Assembly: GCA_021846505.1 (NCBI GenBank)
Contig: JAJZWV010000001.1
Span: 37,291 to 101,290 of the forward strand
Direction of reading: 5' to 3'
Length of the DNA stretch: 64,000 bases
DNA from: Bacillota bacterium
GTDB taxonomy: Bacteria; Bacillota; Sulfobacillia; Sulfobacillales; JAIMBI01
The notes beneath the pieces are model-generated. The model made no database searches. It saw only the letters and a program-made list of their open reading frames with translations, and had not been told where the DNA came from. Below, piece after piece: positions 19,864-30,085 of this stretch (position 1 is its first letter; each line of letters opens with the position of its first letter). The position numbers and the translations under genes are program-made.

Positions 19864-20453
19864 GATCTCGCCGCATGGTGGGGCGCGCCGGATAGCGTGA
19901 GGCCACGGCACAAAAGCCTGCACGGGCAAACATGGTGCGGGTGCCGGTAAACACATTGCGAGTGCTGCCGGGAACGTCTGTGTCGACCGGATAGCCCTCC
20001 AGCATCCTGGCGCCAGCGGCCGCCGCCCAGTCGACCGCGGCCGTCAGCAGCGCCGACGCCACCTGCTGGCGGCGAGCCGTGCGCCGCACAAAAAAAGCAC
20101 GAGACGGCCCAGACCGCCGGGTCCTCGCTCGGGCCCACCGGGCCCAGGATCCGGGTTTGGCGAATCCAGGGCAGGTCGTCGCGCGGCGTGACCTGGCACC
20201 AGCCCACCGCCACCCCATCCGAGACGGCCAGCAGGCCCGGGGGCGGGCCGGCGCACACCAAATCTTTGAAGGCGTCGCGATTTTGCTCGTGCGGCCGCCG
20301 GTAATACGACGAACCTATCCGCCAGTACATGCACCAACAGCCGCTGGAGGCGCCCGCGCGGCCAAATAAGTCCTCCAATGCCTCCCACCGCTCCGCGGTG
20401 GCCGGCACAGTGGTCAGAGCCCCGCCCGCCTGATCCAACGCTTTCGCTTTCAT
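19823..20453 (-). pseudogene. GNAT-family acetyltransferase with a frameshift in a homopolymer
   Basis: The N-terminal part MKAKALDQ..AVWAVSCFF (frame of ORF 19443..20453) continues as VRRTARRQQVASALLTAAVDWAAAAGARMLEGYPVD.. in the frame of ORF 19823..20218. The switch is at the A7/T7 run 20090-20096. Confidence 0.6.
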
Positions 20454-21184
20454 CCCGCTCCCTCACCTCTCCTGCACTCAGGGTACCGAATCCCAGGGAC
20501 ACTAGGAACGCTGTGCGGGACAGAGCGCTCCCACTGTGCCCCAGGTGCCAGTTGCAAAGTCCCAACATCCCGCCGACATACCTCTCGAACGTAGGATCTT
20601 GCGGGTGATGGCAGAACGGGAGTTCGCCGAGATTGCCGGACGGGGACTGCGGCAAGGCGCAGCGTTTCCGGCTGAGGTCACTTGTGCGGGCTTCTCGGTG
20701 GGCGTGGCCCCGCCGAGCAGCTGGCGCAGACCTGACCAGCCTGCCAGGTGTGCTGCTGTTCCACGCCTGCCTGTCCCCGATCCGAGTTTGCAGTGCCCCG
20801 GCCCGCAGATCTGCCACCCAAATTCGCGGCATCGAGGACGCTCCTGTCTTTGCCGGTGCGGAGAATGTGGACGACGGCGCACGCTGGCGGCCGCAGCGCG
20901 CCATGATGCAGCCGCCCTCGGCGCGCCGCAAGCGGAGCGCGGCCGACAAGAATCACCGCCAGGATTGGCTCCGGGTGGCACCTCGCACATCTGCGGCACG
21001 CTGGCAGGAACCGCGCCCCCGCGCGGCGAAGGATCCGCGGTTCGCACAGCTGCAGGCGTTGCAGTCTATCTCCACGGTAGCGCGGGCGCGGGCGGCCTAT
21101 GAGCCGCTTTGCCAAACGCGCGCGTCCTTGCGCGAAAGCGTTCACGGGGTTCACAGGGGTCAGCGGGGTCAGAGGAGGCACGCG

Positions 21185-24100
21185 ATGAGTCAGCAGCGAG
21201 AGTCTGCCTACATACGGTTTCCCACGATCCATGAAGATCGGGTGGTGTTTTCGGCCGAGGATGACCTGTGGCTGGTGAGCGCCGAGGGCGGAGTGGCCCG
21301 GCGCCTCACGGCCGGGCTCGGCCGCTCCATCGAGCCGCGGTTCACCCCCGACGGGCAGTCGCTAGTGTTTGTGGGCCACGAGGAAGGGGAAAGGGACCTG
21401 TACCGGATGCCGGCCGACGGCGGCCCGGCGGCCCGGATGACGTTTACGGGCGGCGCCGTGGCGTTAGCCGGGTTCGACCGCGACGGCACGCCCATCGCCG
21501 CACTGAATGCCAAGGGGCCGTTTGCCCGCCTGGCGTGGCTCTGCCGAGTGCCGCTGGATGGCGGGCCGGTGGAGGACCTGAACTGGGGACCGGGATTGGC
21601 GGTGGCGTTCGGACCCGAGGGCGGCATGGTCCTGGGCCGCAAAACCCAGGACATGGGCGCCCGCGGCGCCTTGTCGCCCACGCCCAAGCGCTACCGAGGC
21701 GGCACCGCCGGTGAGCTGTGGATCGACGCCACCGGGCGGGGCGTGTTTCGCCCCTACCGGGCGCCCGAGCAAGGCAACCTCACGGCCCCGATGTGGATCG
21801 GCGGCCGGATTTACTTTCTGTCCGACTACGAGGGCGTGGGCAACTTGTACTCCATCCGGCCCGACGGCTCGGACCTGACCCGGCACACAGACCACGAGGG
21901 GTACTACGCCCGCAATGCGCGAACCGATGGCCGCCGGGTGGTGTATCACGCGGGTGGGTCCCTTTATCTCTATGACCCGGCCGAGGACGCCACTCACCAA
22001 ATCCCGGTGGAGCTCAAGAGCCAGCGGACACAGCGTGCGCGGCGATTCGTGGGGCCCGCCGAATTTCTCACGGAGTACGCCGTGCATCCCACCGCCGAGC
22101 GGCTCTTGGTTACGACCCGCGGCCAGCTGATGGCGCTCGGCCCGTTCGAGGGGCCGGTCGTGGCGGTGCAGGCCGAGAGCGGCGTGCGGACCCGGCTTGC
22201 TCGCTGGCTCACCGCCGACCGGGTGGTGTACTGCGACGACGCGGGCGGCGAAGACCGCATCGTGGTGGCGTCGGCGGTGGGTCCGGCCGCGCCCGAGGTG
22301 CTGTGGGCGGACAACATCGGCGAGCCGACGGGACTCGAGGCCAACCGAGGCGGGACCCAGATCGCGTACACCAACCATCGGCTGGAGCTGTGGCTCCTGG
22401 ACGTAGCCACCCGCCGCGCGACGCTGGTGGAGCAAAATGGCTACGGTGGGCCATCGGGGCTCGCGTGGTCCCCGGATGGGCGGTACCTGGCGTACGCCTC
22501 CCCCGAAGGGGCGACCCGCGTGGCGATTCGGGTGCTGGATAGCCAAGACGGCCGCATTCACACGGTGACCAACCCGGTGCACGCGGATGTGGCGCCGGCC
22601 TGGGATCCGGCCGGGCGCTACCTGTACTTCTTGGGGGAGCGCTTCTTGGATCCGGTGTACGACCAAGTCACGTTTGACCTGGGCTTCCCGCGCGCCATGC
22701 ATCCGTACCTGGTCACCCTCACCGCCGACGAGCCGTCGCCGTTTGTGGGCGCGCCGCCCACAAAGGCAGCCGCCGAAAAAGACGCTGACGCCGAGCCGCG
22801 GCCGATTCGGATTGACTTCGACGGCATCGAGGACCGGGTGGTCCCGTTTCCCGTGGAGGAGGGCCAGTACCGCCAAGTCCTGGCGCTGGCCGACAAGGTG
22901 CTGTGGACCCTGTTTCCGGCCGAGGGCGCACTGTCGCGGTCGCGCGGCCCCCAGGACGCGGGAGGCCAAGGCACGCTCCTCGCTTACGACCTCACAGCGC
23001 GGGACACCACCACGGTGGCCCAAAAAGTCACCAGCGCCAGCTTGTCAGCCAGCGGCCGCCATTTGGTGTACCAGTCGGGCAAGCGGCTCCGGTGGGTCAA
23101 TCCGGCGGAGAAGCTCCCGGAGGGGGACAGCACCGGCCGCAAGGACGGCTACCTGGACTGGGCGCGCGTGCCCGTGATGGTGGAGCCCGCCGATGAGTGG
23201 GCGCAGATGCTGCGCGAATCCTATCGCATGATGCGGTATCGCTTCTGGGCCAGCGACATGTCCCAGGTGGACTGGGACCAGATGTATCAGCGGTACGCGG
23301 ACCTCTTGCCGCGCATCACCACGCGCGACGAGTTTTCGGATCTGGTGTGGGAGATGCAAGGCGAGCTGGGCACGCTGCACACCTATGAGAGCGGCGGCGA
23401 CCACCGCCCGGCACCCAAGTTCCAGCCGGGCTACTTGGGGGCGGACTTTTCGTGGGACGCAGAGGCCGGCGGCTGGCGCATCACGCACATCGTGCACGGG
23501 GATCCCGCGGTGGCCGGACATGACTCGCCGCTCCGTGCGCCCGGCGTGAAAGTCGCCGAGGGCGATGTGCTGGTGGCCATCGACGGCCGGCGCACATCGG
23601 CCGAGAAGAGCCCGGAATATCTCTTGATGCGCCGCCAGAGCCAGGAGGTGGCCCTCACGGTGGCTCGGCCTGGCGCCGGCGAGCGCACCGTCGTGGTGAA
23701 GACCCTGGCGTCGGAAGAGCTGGCGCGCTACCGCGAGTGGGTGGAGCGCAACCGCGCGGCCGTGCACCGCGAAAGCGGCGGGCGCGTCGGATACCTGCAC
23801 ATTCCCGACATGGGGCCGTGGGGCTTCTCGGAGTTTTTCCGCCTGCATGCGGCGGAAGTGCATCGCGAAGCCCTCATCGTCGACGTGCGGTTCAATCGGG
23901 GGGGCCACGTATCCCCGCTGCTGCTGGAAAAAGTGGCGCGGCGGCCCATCGCCTACGCGGTGCCGCGCTGGGGCGTGCCCCGCACGTATCCGGGCGATGC
24001 CGCCACCGGGCCGGTGGTGGCGCTGACCAATGACTTCGCGGGCTCGGACGGCGACATCTTCAGCCACAACTTCAAGCTGATGGGCCTCGGCAAACTGGTG

Positions 24101-24406
24101 GGGATGCGCACGTGGGGCGGGGTCATTGGCATCAACCCGCGGTATAGGCTGGTGGACAACACCAGCGTCACCCAGCCGACCGTGGCCTTTTGGTTCAAGG
24201 ACGTCGGCTGGGGCGTGGAAAACCACGGCACCGACCCCGACATTGAGGTGGAATACCCACCCGAAGCTTATCGGGCCGGCACCGACCCGCAGCTGGACCG
24301 GGCCATCCAGGAAGCGCTGGCCGAGCTGGCCGAGCATCCGGCGGAGAGGCCGCCCGAGGACCCGCGGCCCAGCAAGGCCGCGCCATCCCTGCCGCCGCGC
24401 CACTGA
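21185..24406 (+). CDS. tricorn-protease-like S41 peptidase
   Basis: Start MSQQRESAYIRFPTIHEDRVVFSAEDDLWLVS is the typical tricorn N-terminus. Beta-propeller repeats, a PDZ-like region and a C-terminal S41 core (..TNDFAGSDGDIFSHNFK..). About 1073 aa. Confidence 0.85.
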   Translation: MSQQRESAYIRFPTIHEDRVVFSAEDDLWLVSAEGGVARRLTAGLGRSIEPRFTPDGQSLVFVGHEEGERDLYRMPADGGPAARMTFTGGAVALAGFDRDGTPIAALNAKGPFARLAWLCRVPLDGGPVEDLNWGPGLAVAFGPEGGMVLGRKTQDMGARGALSPTPKRYRGGTAGELWIDATGRGVFRPYRAPEQGNLTAPMWIGGRIYFLSDYEGVGNLYSIRPDGSDLTRHTDHEGYYARNARTDGRRVVYHAGGSLYLYDPAEDATHQIPVELKSQRTQRARRFVGPAEFLTEYAVHPTAERLLVTTRGQLMALGPFEGPVVAVQAESGVRTRLARWLTADRVVYCDDAGGEDRIVVASAVGPAAPEVLWADNIGEPTGLEANRGGTQIAYTNHRLELWLLDVATRRATLVEQNGYGGPSGLAWSPDGRYLAYASPEGATRVAIRVLDSQDGRIHTVTNPVHADVAPAWDPAGRYLYFLGERFLDPVYDQVTFDLGFPRAMHPYLVTLTADEPSPFVGAPPTKAAAEKDADAEPRPIRIDFDGIEDRVVPFPVEEGQYRQVLALADKVLWTLFPAEGALSRSRGPQDAGGQGTLLAYDLTARDTTTVAQKVTSASLSASGRHLVYQSGKRLRWVNPAEKLPEGDSTGRKDGYLDWARVPVMVEPADEWAQMLRESYRMMRYRFWASDMSQVDWDQMYQRYADLLPRITTRDEFSDLVWEMQGELGTLHTYESGGDHRPAPKFQPGYLGADFSWDAEAGGWRITHIVHGDPAVAGHDSPLRAPGVKVAEGDVLVAIDGRRTSAEKSPEYLLMRRQSQEVALTVARPGAGERTVVVKTLASEELARYREWVERNRAAVHRESGGRVGYLHIPDMGPWGFSEFFRLHAAEVHREALIVDVRFNRGGHVSPLLLEKVARRPIAYAVPRWGVPRTYPGDAATGPVVALTNDFAGSDGDIFSHNFKLMGLGKLVGMRTWGGVIGINPRYRLVDNTSVTQPTVAFWFKDVGWGVENHGTDPDIEVEYPPEAYRAGTDPQLDRAIQEALAELAEHPAERPPEDPRPSKAAPSLPPRH

Positions 24407-24453
24407 CGGGTCCATGACCGACAGATAGCAAGATAGCAGGGACAGTTCACCGG

Positions 24454-24480
24454 GCCGCACGGGCGGAGCCCGTGCGGCTT
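24454..24480 (+). terminator. hairpin downstream of the tricorn gene
   Basis: 10-bp stem GCCGCACGGG / CCCGTGCGGC with loop CGGAG, followed by TTGGCTTA (weak T tract). Confidence 0.45.
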
Positions 24481-24535
24481 GGCTTATGCGACACTACACC
24501 GGACGAAGTAAAATAGCCTGCGAGGTGCAGTAAAC

Positions 24536-24940
24536 ATGGCGGGTCAACCGCGTGCGCGGTTTCCGGTGGGCACGCTGGCGGGTGAGGATGACGTGGTGGA
24601 TCGCGGGCCGTTTCTCGCCGAGGTGACTGCCCAGCTCGCGAGCGGCCAAAGCGACGTCACTTTCGGACCGCGGCGCATCGGCAAACCCAGTGTGAGTCGC
24701 GAAATCCTGCGGCGCCTCTCGCAGCGGAACTTCTACACGGCGGACATCGACCTGTTTCTGGCCACTGGTGAAGAGTCGTTTGCGGCACTTCTCACTCAGG
24801 CCGTGCTTGAAAGCCGGGTTGGGCTGAAGAGCCGGGCGCGGCACACGTGGGGCGAGGTCGTGGAGTGGGTGCAGGGACGGTCCCTAGCGGGCCGGCTCGC
24901 CGGCGTGGACATCGAGCTGAGCCAGGCGCCGCCTATCCTG
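24536..24940 (+). pseudogene. truncated AAA/archaeal-ATPase-like protein fragment
   Basis: The N-terminus ..GEDDVVDRGPFLAEV..VTFGPRRIGKPSVSREILRRL..YTADIDLF resembles the GRExEL..GPRRxGKTSL family with a degenerate Walker A (GKPS). The rest of the ORF loses protein-like character and ends early. Confidence 0.35.
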
Positions 24941-25226
24941 ACCCGAGGGAATATCCTGGGGGCGAGGGCATTCTCATCTCGGTGCGGTGCGAGCGCCGCA
25001 GCGATGGGGACCGCGAGGCGATGGGCCAGCAGCAAAGCTTTCATAAGACATGTTGACGAACTACGGTTGAAAGAGGCGGATATGTCATGAAAGCCGGTGG
25101 AATGGGCAAGCGAGGTGGCGGCCGGCGTGCACGGGTTCGGAGCCGCGCGGGTTACCGCGGCGAGCCGCTATGCCTGCCAGCATCCCGCGACGTCCCCCTG
25201 GCTTTCAATCTGGGAGCCAAGCTCTA

Positions 25227-25709
25227 ATGGGCCGATATCGTCGTGCCAGCCACCAAGCCCCGCTGCTAGCATCCATGGCGCTTGGTGGCCTCGCCCTCCT
25301 CGCAGGTTGCGCCCCGGCCGGCCACCCATCAGCCCTTGCACCTGGTCGTTCAGGCGGGCGCCGTCTGACGGCCCCAAGCTCGCATGCCCTCGCCACCCTT
25401 CAGCCATTGGCCGACGGGCCCGGAAGCAACCTGCTGCTCAATACCGGTGTCCGGCAAGGGACACGTCGTGCGGGGCGCGTCGGCCGGATTCCGGCACAAT
25501 CAGGCCCATACCTGATTTATGCCGTGTGCAAGGGCCCGGGCGTCATCACGGTGGCCACCACCTCCGCCGGCACGTTTTCCCAGCCGTGCAGCAACACCGC
25601 TCAGGGCCTGGACCTGAACCTTGGGGCCGAGTACCTGAAGCCTGAAGCCATTACTGTAACGGTCTCGCAGAAGGTCACCTGGCACGTCACTGCCCTGATC
25701 AGTCAATAG
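25227..25709 (+). CDS. putative lipoprotein (hypothetical)
   Basis: Internal start MGRYRRASHQAPLLASMALGGLALLAGCAP gives a signal peptide plus lipobox. No family recognised. Confidence 0.45.
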   Translation: MGRYRRASHQAPLLASMALGGLALLAGCAPAGHPSALAPGRSGGRRLTAPSSHALATLQPLADGPGSNLLLNTGVRQGTRRAGRVGRIPAQSGPYLIYAVCKGPGVITVATTSAGTFSQPCSNTAQGLDLNLGAEYLKPEAITVTVSQKVTWHVTALISQ

Positions 25710-25909
25710 GTGGCCCCGCCGGCTTTCTTGGGGAGGCCTCAGCGTGGCGCGCGCGGTTGTCCGACCGGCCGCCGCTCACGAAAAGCCCCGTAAGCTTTAC
25801 AGGGCCCCAGCTATTTATGGGTTTGGGGTTCGGGGTTGCGTGTGTCGCGCCGACCTCCGGCTGTCCGCTGCCTGTTGCCTCCTGATGGCGGCGTGATGAC
25901 GCGGCGGTC

Positions 25910-26490
25910 CTACTCCGGCCCCGGCCGCACTGCGGCGTCAGCCTCGGGCCCGGGGTTCACGCGGCCGTATCGCTGTACGACAAAACCGACGCTGCTGTGG
26001 CGAACACCGTGAGACGATCCGCGTGGGTTCCCCCGGCGGCCAACCAGGTCGCCGCCCTGCAGTGGCGCAAGTCGTGAATGCGAACGTGTCGGGGAAGCCC
26101 GGCCGCAGCCACCACAGGTTTTGTCCCGCGATGCATCGCCGGCGGCCCCGCCCTCCGCTTGGCAGCGCTGCCGCTCCTGTAAGACGCGGCCCAGCCACGG
26201 GACCATGGACAGCGTACGTGCGGCGGCACGGGACTTCACCGGCCCCACCTGCCCGTCGTGGCCTGCGCAACGGTCAGCCGTCGCCGATCCAGATCCTCGT
26301 TGGTCCATCGGACCCCAATATCTCTCCCAGCCGGGCTCCCGTGACGGCGAGGATCGCCCACAGCGGGAAGAGCCAGCGCGCCGTGGCCGCCGCCACCAAC
26401 TGCCGCGGTTCGTCGGCCCTTGGCACGGAGAGGGACGGCGGCACCGGGCGAGGGGCGGCTCGCCCTGTTGCCGTTACGCACTCATTCGAG
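25910..26490 (-). pseudogene. tyrosine recombinase (phage-type integrase) pseudogene
   Basis: Catalytic-domain motifs lie in three different minus-strand frames: ..GVRWTNEDLDRRRLTV.., ..GPVKSRAAARTLSM.., ..RIHDLRHCRAATWLAAGG.. and ..HSSVGFVVQRYGRV.. . The N-terminal half is missing. Confidence 0.65.
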
Positions 26491-27141
26491 AAGGAGCACC
26501 ACGATGGCCGCGAGCGTGACGTGGGCTAGGAAAGTGCCTTGGCGGGCTTGAGTTCTCGACGTTTCCCGCCGCTAGCCGCGGCCACTTCTGCCGCTTCGCC
26601 CTCTGTTTCGCCCTCATGCCTGACAGCCGCGCCGCTATAAAGCGCTGCGAATCTTCGCGCCCCGGGCAACACACCCACCAAGCCTGGAACGTCCGGCCTC
26701 TCCGACCGATCCTCAGGGACTGGCACGCCCGCACCGAGTGACGGATATGTGCTCCTGGGGCCCCCGCGATGCTGCGGGGCCCCTCCAGTGCCAGTGGCCA
26801 CCCGCGGCCGGCCGTCCCGGCTGTCTGCGACAGAGCTGTTTTTGGCCGTCGAGGTCATGCCCTCATCGCCCTCGGGGTATAGGAGAACCGGCGCTGCAGC
26901 GATCTCCACTCACGGGGCTGGCTCCGGTGCACCAGCGCAATCGGTCAGCCATCTTCGAGTGCTCACCTCCCAGAAGGAACGGGGGTGCTCCTGCCCGCCG
27001 AATTGGCAGCAGCACGCGGCCGCCATGGGTCGGTCGAGCACGTGAAGGCCGCTGGCGGCTCTCTCGATGGCGCCGGGGGGATGGAATATCCGATGGGGGA
27101 ATAAAAATGCCCCGCAAGCCGCGCGGAGCTTCAAATTTTTG

Positions 27142-27216
27142 TGGGGCTGGCGGGCCGATTTGAACGGCCGACCGGTCGATTACGAATCGACTGCTCTACC
27201 ACTGAGCTACGCCAGC
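27142..27216 (-). tRNA. tRNA-Thr (anticodon CGU)
   Basis: The reverse complement folds as a cloverleaf: GCTGGCG TA GCTC AGTGGTA GAGC A GTCGA TTCGTAA TCGAC CGGTC GGCCG TTCAAAT CGGCC CGCCAGC C CCA. CCA is encoded. Confidence 0.9.
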
Positions 27217-27264
27217 GCCGCAGATGTCGGTAAAGTGTAACACGCGCCCAGGATTGCGCGCAAT

Positions 27265-28550
27265 GGCCACGCGGCTCTACGTCAATAAGTGTGGGATCGC
27301 GGTCGGCGGGAAGAAGCCCAGCAGCATCTTCCGTCGATAGCGATCGCGGTTCCGGAATCCGTAGCTCAGGCGTTTGAGCGCCTTGATTTTCGTGTGGCCC
27401 CCCTCCATGAACCCGTTGGTGAACTCCCGACCGAGATCCCATCGCGCCAGAATGGCGGGGCGCCACCGCTTGATGGGTTGGGCCCACGCATACCCTTCGG
27501 CATGGTCACACGCCTCGGCGTTGATGAGCCAGCGCGAGAGCTGGGCAGCGCCCGTGGCGCGATCCGGGGCTTGGAGCCACGCGCGCAGCTCCTCCTTCAG
27601 GCGGTGCAGGGCCCCCAGCGTGGGATAGGCGTGTCGGATCGCGGCCAGCGCCTCGGCCTGGCGGGGCCGCAGATGCTCCACGCCTTTGAGGAGCGGCCAC
27701 CGCCGAATCGGGGTGCCGGTCGCCTCCTGCTCGAGCCGCCGGACCTCGTCGAGCCGGCGGGTGCCGTCCTGCACCAGGTGGAAGGGGTCCAGCACCACCT
27801 GGGCGTGGGGGCAGCCCCGCTGGATGGCTTTCCGGTAGGCGGCCGTCATGTCGATGCAGACGCCCCGGATGCGGGCCCGCACGTCCGCCGGGGTCCGGGC
27901 GAACCCCGCATCCCACGTGGCGATGCGGTCATCGGCCAAGATCGTCAGCAGGCGGCGCTCCGGGGCCAACAGGGCAATCGTGATGCACAAGTCCGTCCCG
28001 CGAAACGACGCGTCATCAATCGACAGCACCAGGTCCCCCGGATGGGCCCACCACGTGTCGTCGTCCAGCGGCACCCGGGTGTCGACCAGGCGCCGCAGGC
28101 GGCCCACGCCGACGCCCAACACCGCGGCGGCCCCGCGAAAACTATCGCGCCGCAGCCGCTGGAGCGCCGCCTGTTGGGCGGCCGGACTCCACCGCTGCCA
28201 GGGCCGCCACCCGACGGGGCGCACCTGGGTGACCTGGTGGCACGCTACACACCGATAGCGAACCGGCGTCCAGGCCACCCGAACCGGCGCATCGCCGACC
28301 CACGTGTGCGCCACCACCCGGGGGGGGAAGGTGCCATGCCGATGCCAACGGTGCCCACCACACGTGGGACACGTCGCCGGCGCCGGGCTGTGCACGGCTA
28401 CCGTCCATCCCGCCACCGACTTCACGACCCCGCTCACCTGTTCCGCCCCTAATCCCAGCACCGTGGCCAACTCTGCGTTATACTCCTCCCTAGCGGGAGC
28501 ACCCTCTTTCGTCGATGTCAGCTATCAACGACTTGGCCGTGCTGCCGCTT
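27265..28550 (-). mobile_element. ISL3-family insertion sequence (boundaries approximate)
   Basis: A single transposase gene sits 50-60 bp from the 5' end of tRNA-Thr. Candidate imperfect terminal inverted repeats lie near 27273 (GGCTCTACGTCAATAAG) and near 28525-28548. I could not align them convincingly by eye. Confidence 0.5.
27277..28470 (-). CDS. ISL3-family transposase
   Basis: 397 aa. N-terminal zinc-finger-like CPTCGGHRWHRHG, then the ISL3 pattern ..LSIDDASFRG..IALLAPERRLLTILADDR..VCIDMTAAYRKAI..VLDPFHLVQ..NGFMEGGHTKIKALKR. Confidence 0.85.
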   Translation of the reverse strand: MATVLGLGAEQVSGVVKSVAGWTVAVHSPAPATCPTCGGHRWHRHGTFPPRVVAHTWVGDAPVRVAWTPVRYRCVACHQVTQVRPVGWRPWQRWSPAAQQAALQRLRRDSFRGAAAVLGVGVGRLRRLVDTRVPLDDDTWWAHPGDLVLSIDDASFRGTDLCITIALLAPERRLLTILADDRIATWDAGFARTPADVRARIRGVCIDMTAAYRKAIQRGCPHAQVVLDPFHLVQDGTRRLDEVRRLEQEATGTPIRRWPLLKGVEHLRPRQAEALAAIRHAYPTLGALHRLKEELRAWLQAPDRATGAAQLSRWLINAEACDHAEGYAWAQPIKRWRPAILARWDLGREFTNGFMEGGHTKIKALKRLSYGFRNRDRYRRKMLLGFFPPTAIPHLLT

Positions 28551-28624
28551 CTCTCCTGCCTGCCCATCCCACAGGTTTCATCATAGAGTCGGGCCACGCT
28601 CCGAGTCGGCTGGCCGGCGCGGCA

Positions 28625-29365
28625 TTAAGTCAGCGGCACGATTTGCTTCAGGTCCAGATAGCGCGGCTTGAGGCCGGCCTGGCCGGTCGCCTCCTGCAGC
28701 GCGTGAATCACCGCCAAACTGGCCACGCCATCCGCCGCCAAGTGGTGGTCGCTCTGAAACGTCTTGACCGCCGCCGTCACTTCGGGTGTATACACGCCAT
28801 TCAGCGCGCCGCCATAAAGGTGACCCATCCGCAGCAGGCGCTGCAGCTCCACCACGTCTTGGCCCATCACGCCCGGCGTGAGGGGGCGGATCATGCGGGC
28901 ATAGGGTGTGGGGCCGACTAAATCCACCGGGGTGCCCAGCGGCACTATCGAATACAGCTGCTCCACGCTGCGGTTGAGCATGCGAATGCAGCCATGCGAG
29001 GCCACCGTGCCCACGGTCCACGGCTTATCAGTCCCGTGAATGCCGTAGATGCCCCACGGCGCTGAGAACCGCATCCACCGCGTGCCGAAGCCGTCTCCCC
29101 AGGCGGCCTTTTGGACAATCTCAAACTCGCCGCGCGGCGTGCGGTTGGTGCGCGTGCCCACGGCGACCGGATACCGGATCCATGGCTTGTTGTCGCGGTA
29201 GAGCGTGAGGCTTCGCGTCGGCACGTCAATGACAATGCGATACGGATTTTTGGCGTAGGCGACGTTGGGTGCCCACGATCCCAGCCAGTAGATGGGCAGC
29301 CCAACAATGGCCACAATCGCCACCACGTTGACCCAGCGCGATAGCACTCGCCACGACAGCGTCAT
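28625..29365 (-). CDS. L,D-transpeptidase (YkuD domain) with C-terminal peptidoglycan-binding domain
   Basis: Start MTLSWRVL.. with a signal anchor. Catalytic motif ..IYGIHGT..ASHGCIRM (HG..SHGC). C-terminal PG_binding_1-like ..ELQRLLRMGHLYGGALNGVYTPEVTAAVKTFQ. Confidence 0.85.
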   Translation of the reverse strand: MTLSWRVLSRWVNVVAIVAIVGLPIYWLGSWAPNVAYAKNPYRIVIDVPTRSLTLYRDNKPWIRYPVAVGTRTNRTPRGEFEIVQKAAWGDGFGTRWMRFSAPWGIYGIHGTDKPWTVGTVASHGCIRMLNRSVEQLYSIVPLGTPVDLVGPTPYARMIRPLTPGVMGQDVVELQRLLRMGHLYGGALNGVYTPEVTAAVKTFQSDHHLAADGVASLAVIHALQEATGQAGLKPRYLDLKQIVPLT

Positions 29366-29784
29366 GGCAGAACCTCCACGCTGCCCACGAGGCTCGCCGC
29401 AAACCACAGCGCCGCCATGACCTTAGCCGTGGGAAAGTCCAGCAGCGCAAAGCTGGACGCCGGTCCCACCAGCGCCGTGAAAAAGCCCACCGGCGCGAGC
29501 GTGATGAGCAGCGCGGGTAGCGCGTGCAAAACGAGGCGCAGCCAGTCTGCCGCCCAGCGCCCTCCGTGAGACATGCGCTTTAGCCAGCGCGGCCCGTCCA
29601 TCACCCCAAAGGCCAGAGTAGGCCACAGCACAAGCTCCCAGGGCATCCAGCTCGGCAAGGTGGTCGCGCGCAAGTCGCGAAAGGCCGAGGTCAGCACCAC
29701 TAGCCCGGTCAGCATGAAGAAGCTGCTGGCCACCACCAGCAGGTGGTGCGTCCCGCCTAGCTCCTCTCGTCCACTCATGTCCAT
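29362..29784 (-). CDS. hypothetical four-helix membrane protein
   Basis: Internal ATG at 29784 (MDMSGREEL..) of track ORF 29362..31206. That ORF cannot be one gene because it crosses tRNA-Gly. 140 aa, hydrophobic. ATGA overlap with the L,D-transpeptidase start. Confidence 0.45.
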   Translation of the reverse strand: MDMSGREELGGTHHLLVVASSFFMLTGLVVLTSAFRDLRATTLPSWMPWELVLWPTLAFGVMDGPRWLKRMSHGGRWAADWLRLVLHALPALLITLAPVGFFTALVGPASSFALLDFPTAKVMAALWFAASLVGSVEVLP

Positions 29785-29827
29785 AGCACCACGTATGCCG
29801 GCCAGGGCGCTTTCATCCCGCCCATAC

Positions 29828-29858
29828 AAAACGGCCGCCCCACAAACGGGGGCGGCCG
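29828..29858 (-). terminator. rho-independent terminator after tRNA-Gly
   Basis: The minus strand reads CGGCCGCCCC CGTTTGT GGGGCGGCCG followed by TTTTG, immediately 3' of the tRNA. Confidence 0.55.
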
Positions 29859-29864
29859 AAAACT

Positions 29865-29940
29865 TGGAGCGGAAGACGGGTCTCGAACCCGCGACCTTCG
29901 GCTTGGGAAGCCGACGTTCTACCAACTGAACTACTTCCGC
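29865..29940 (-). tRNA. tRNA-Gly (anticodon CCC)
   Basis: The reverse complement is GCGGAAG TA GTTC AGTTGGTA GAAC G TCGGC TTCCCAA GCCGA AGGTC GCGGG TTCGAGA CCCGT CTTCCGC T CCA. Full cloverleaf with CCA encoded. Confidence 0.9.
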
Positions 29941-30085
29941 ACTGACGCTACTGTACCGCACGCGCCAGTGATAGTCAATCGGCTGGAAAAACCTGCGGCC
30001 AGGGTCCTCCGCTGCGAGCGTTCGCCAGATTCCACTGACCTGTCTTGTCATTTGTGTGATCTTGCGGCGGCGAGGAGTGGGCAGC

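Noticed and set aside
27265-28550. Exact ISL3 terminal inverted repeats and target-site duplication.
   Set aside because: The candidate ends near 27273 and 28525-28548 align only loosely by eye. The boundaries are therefore given as approximate.
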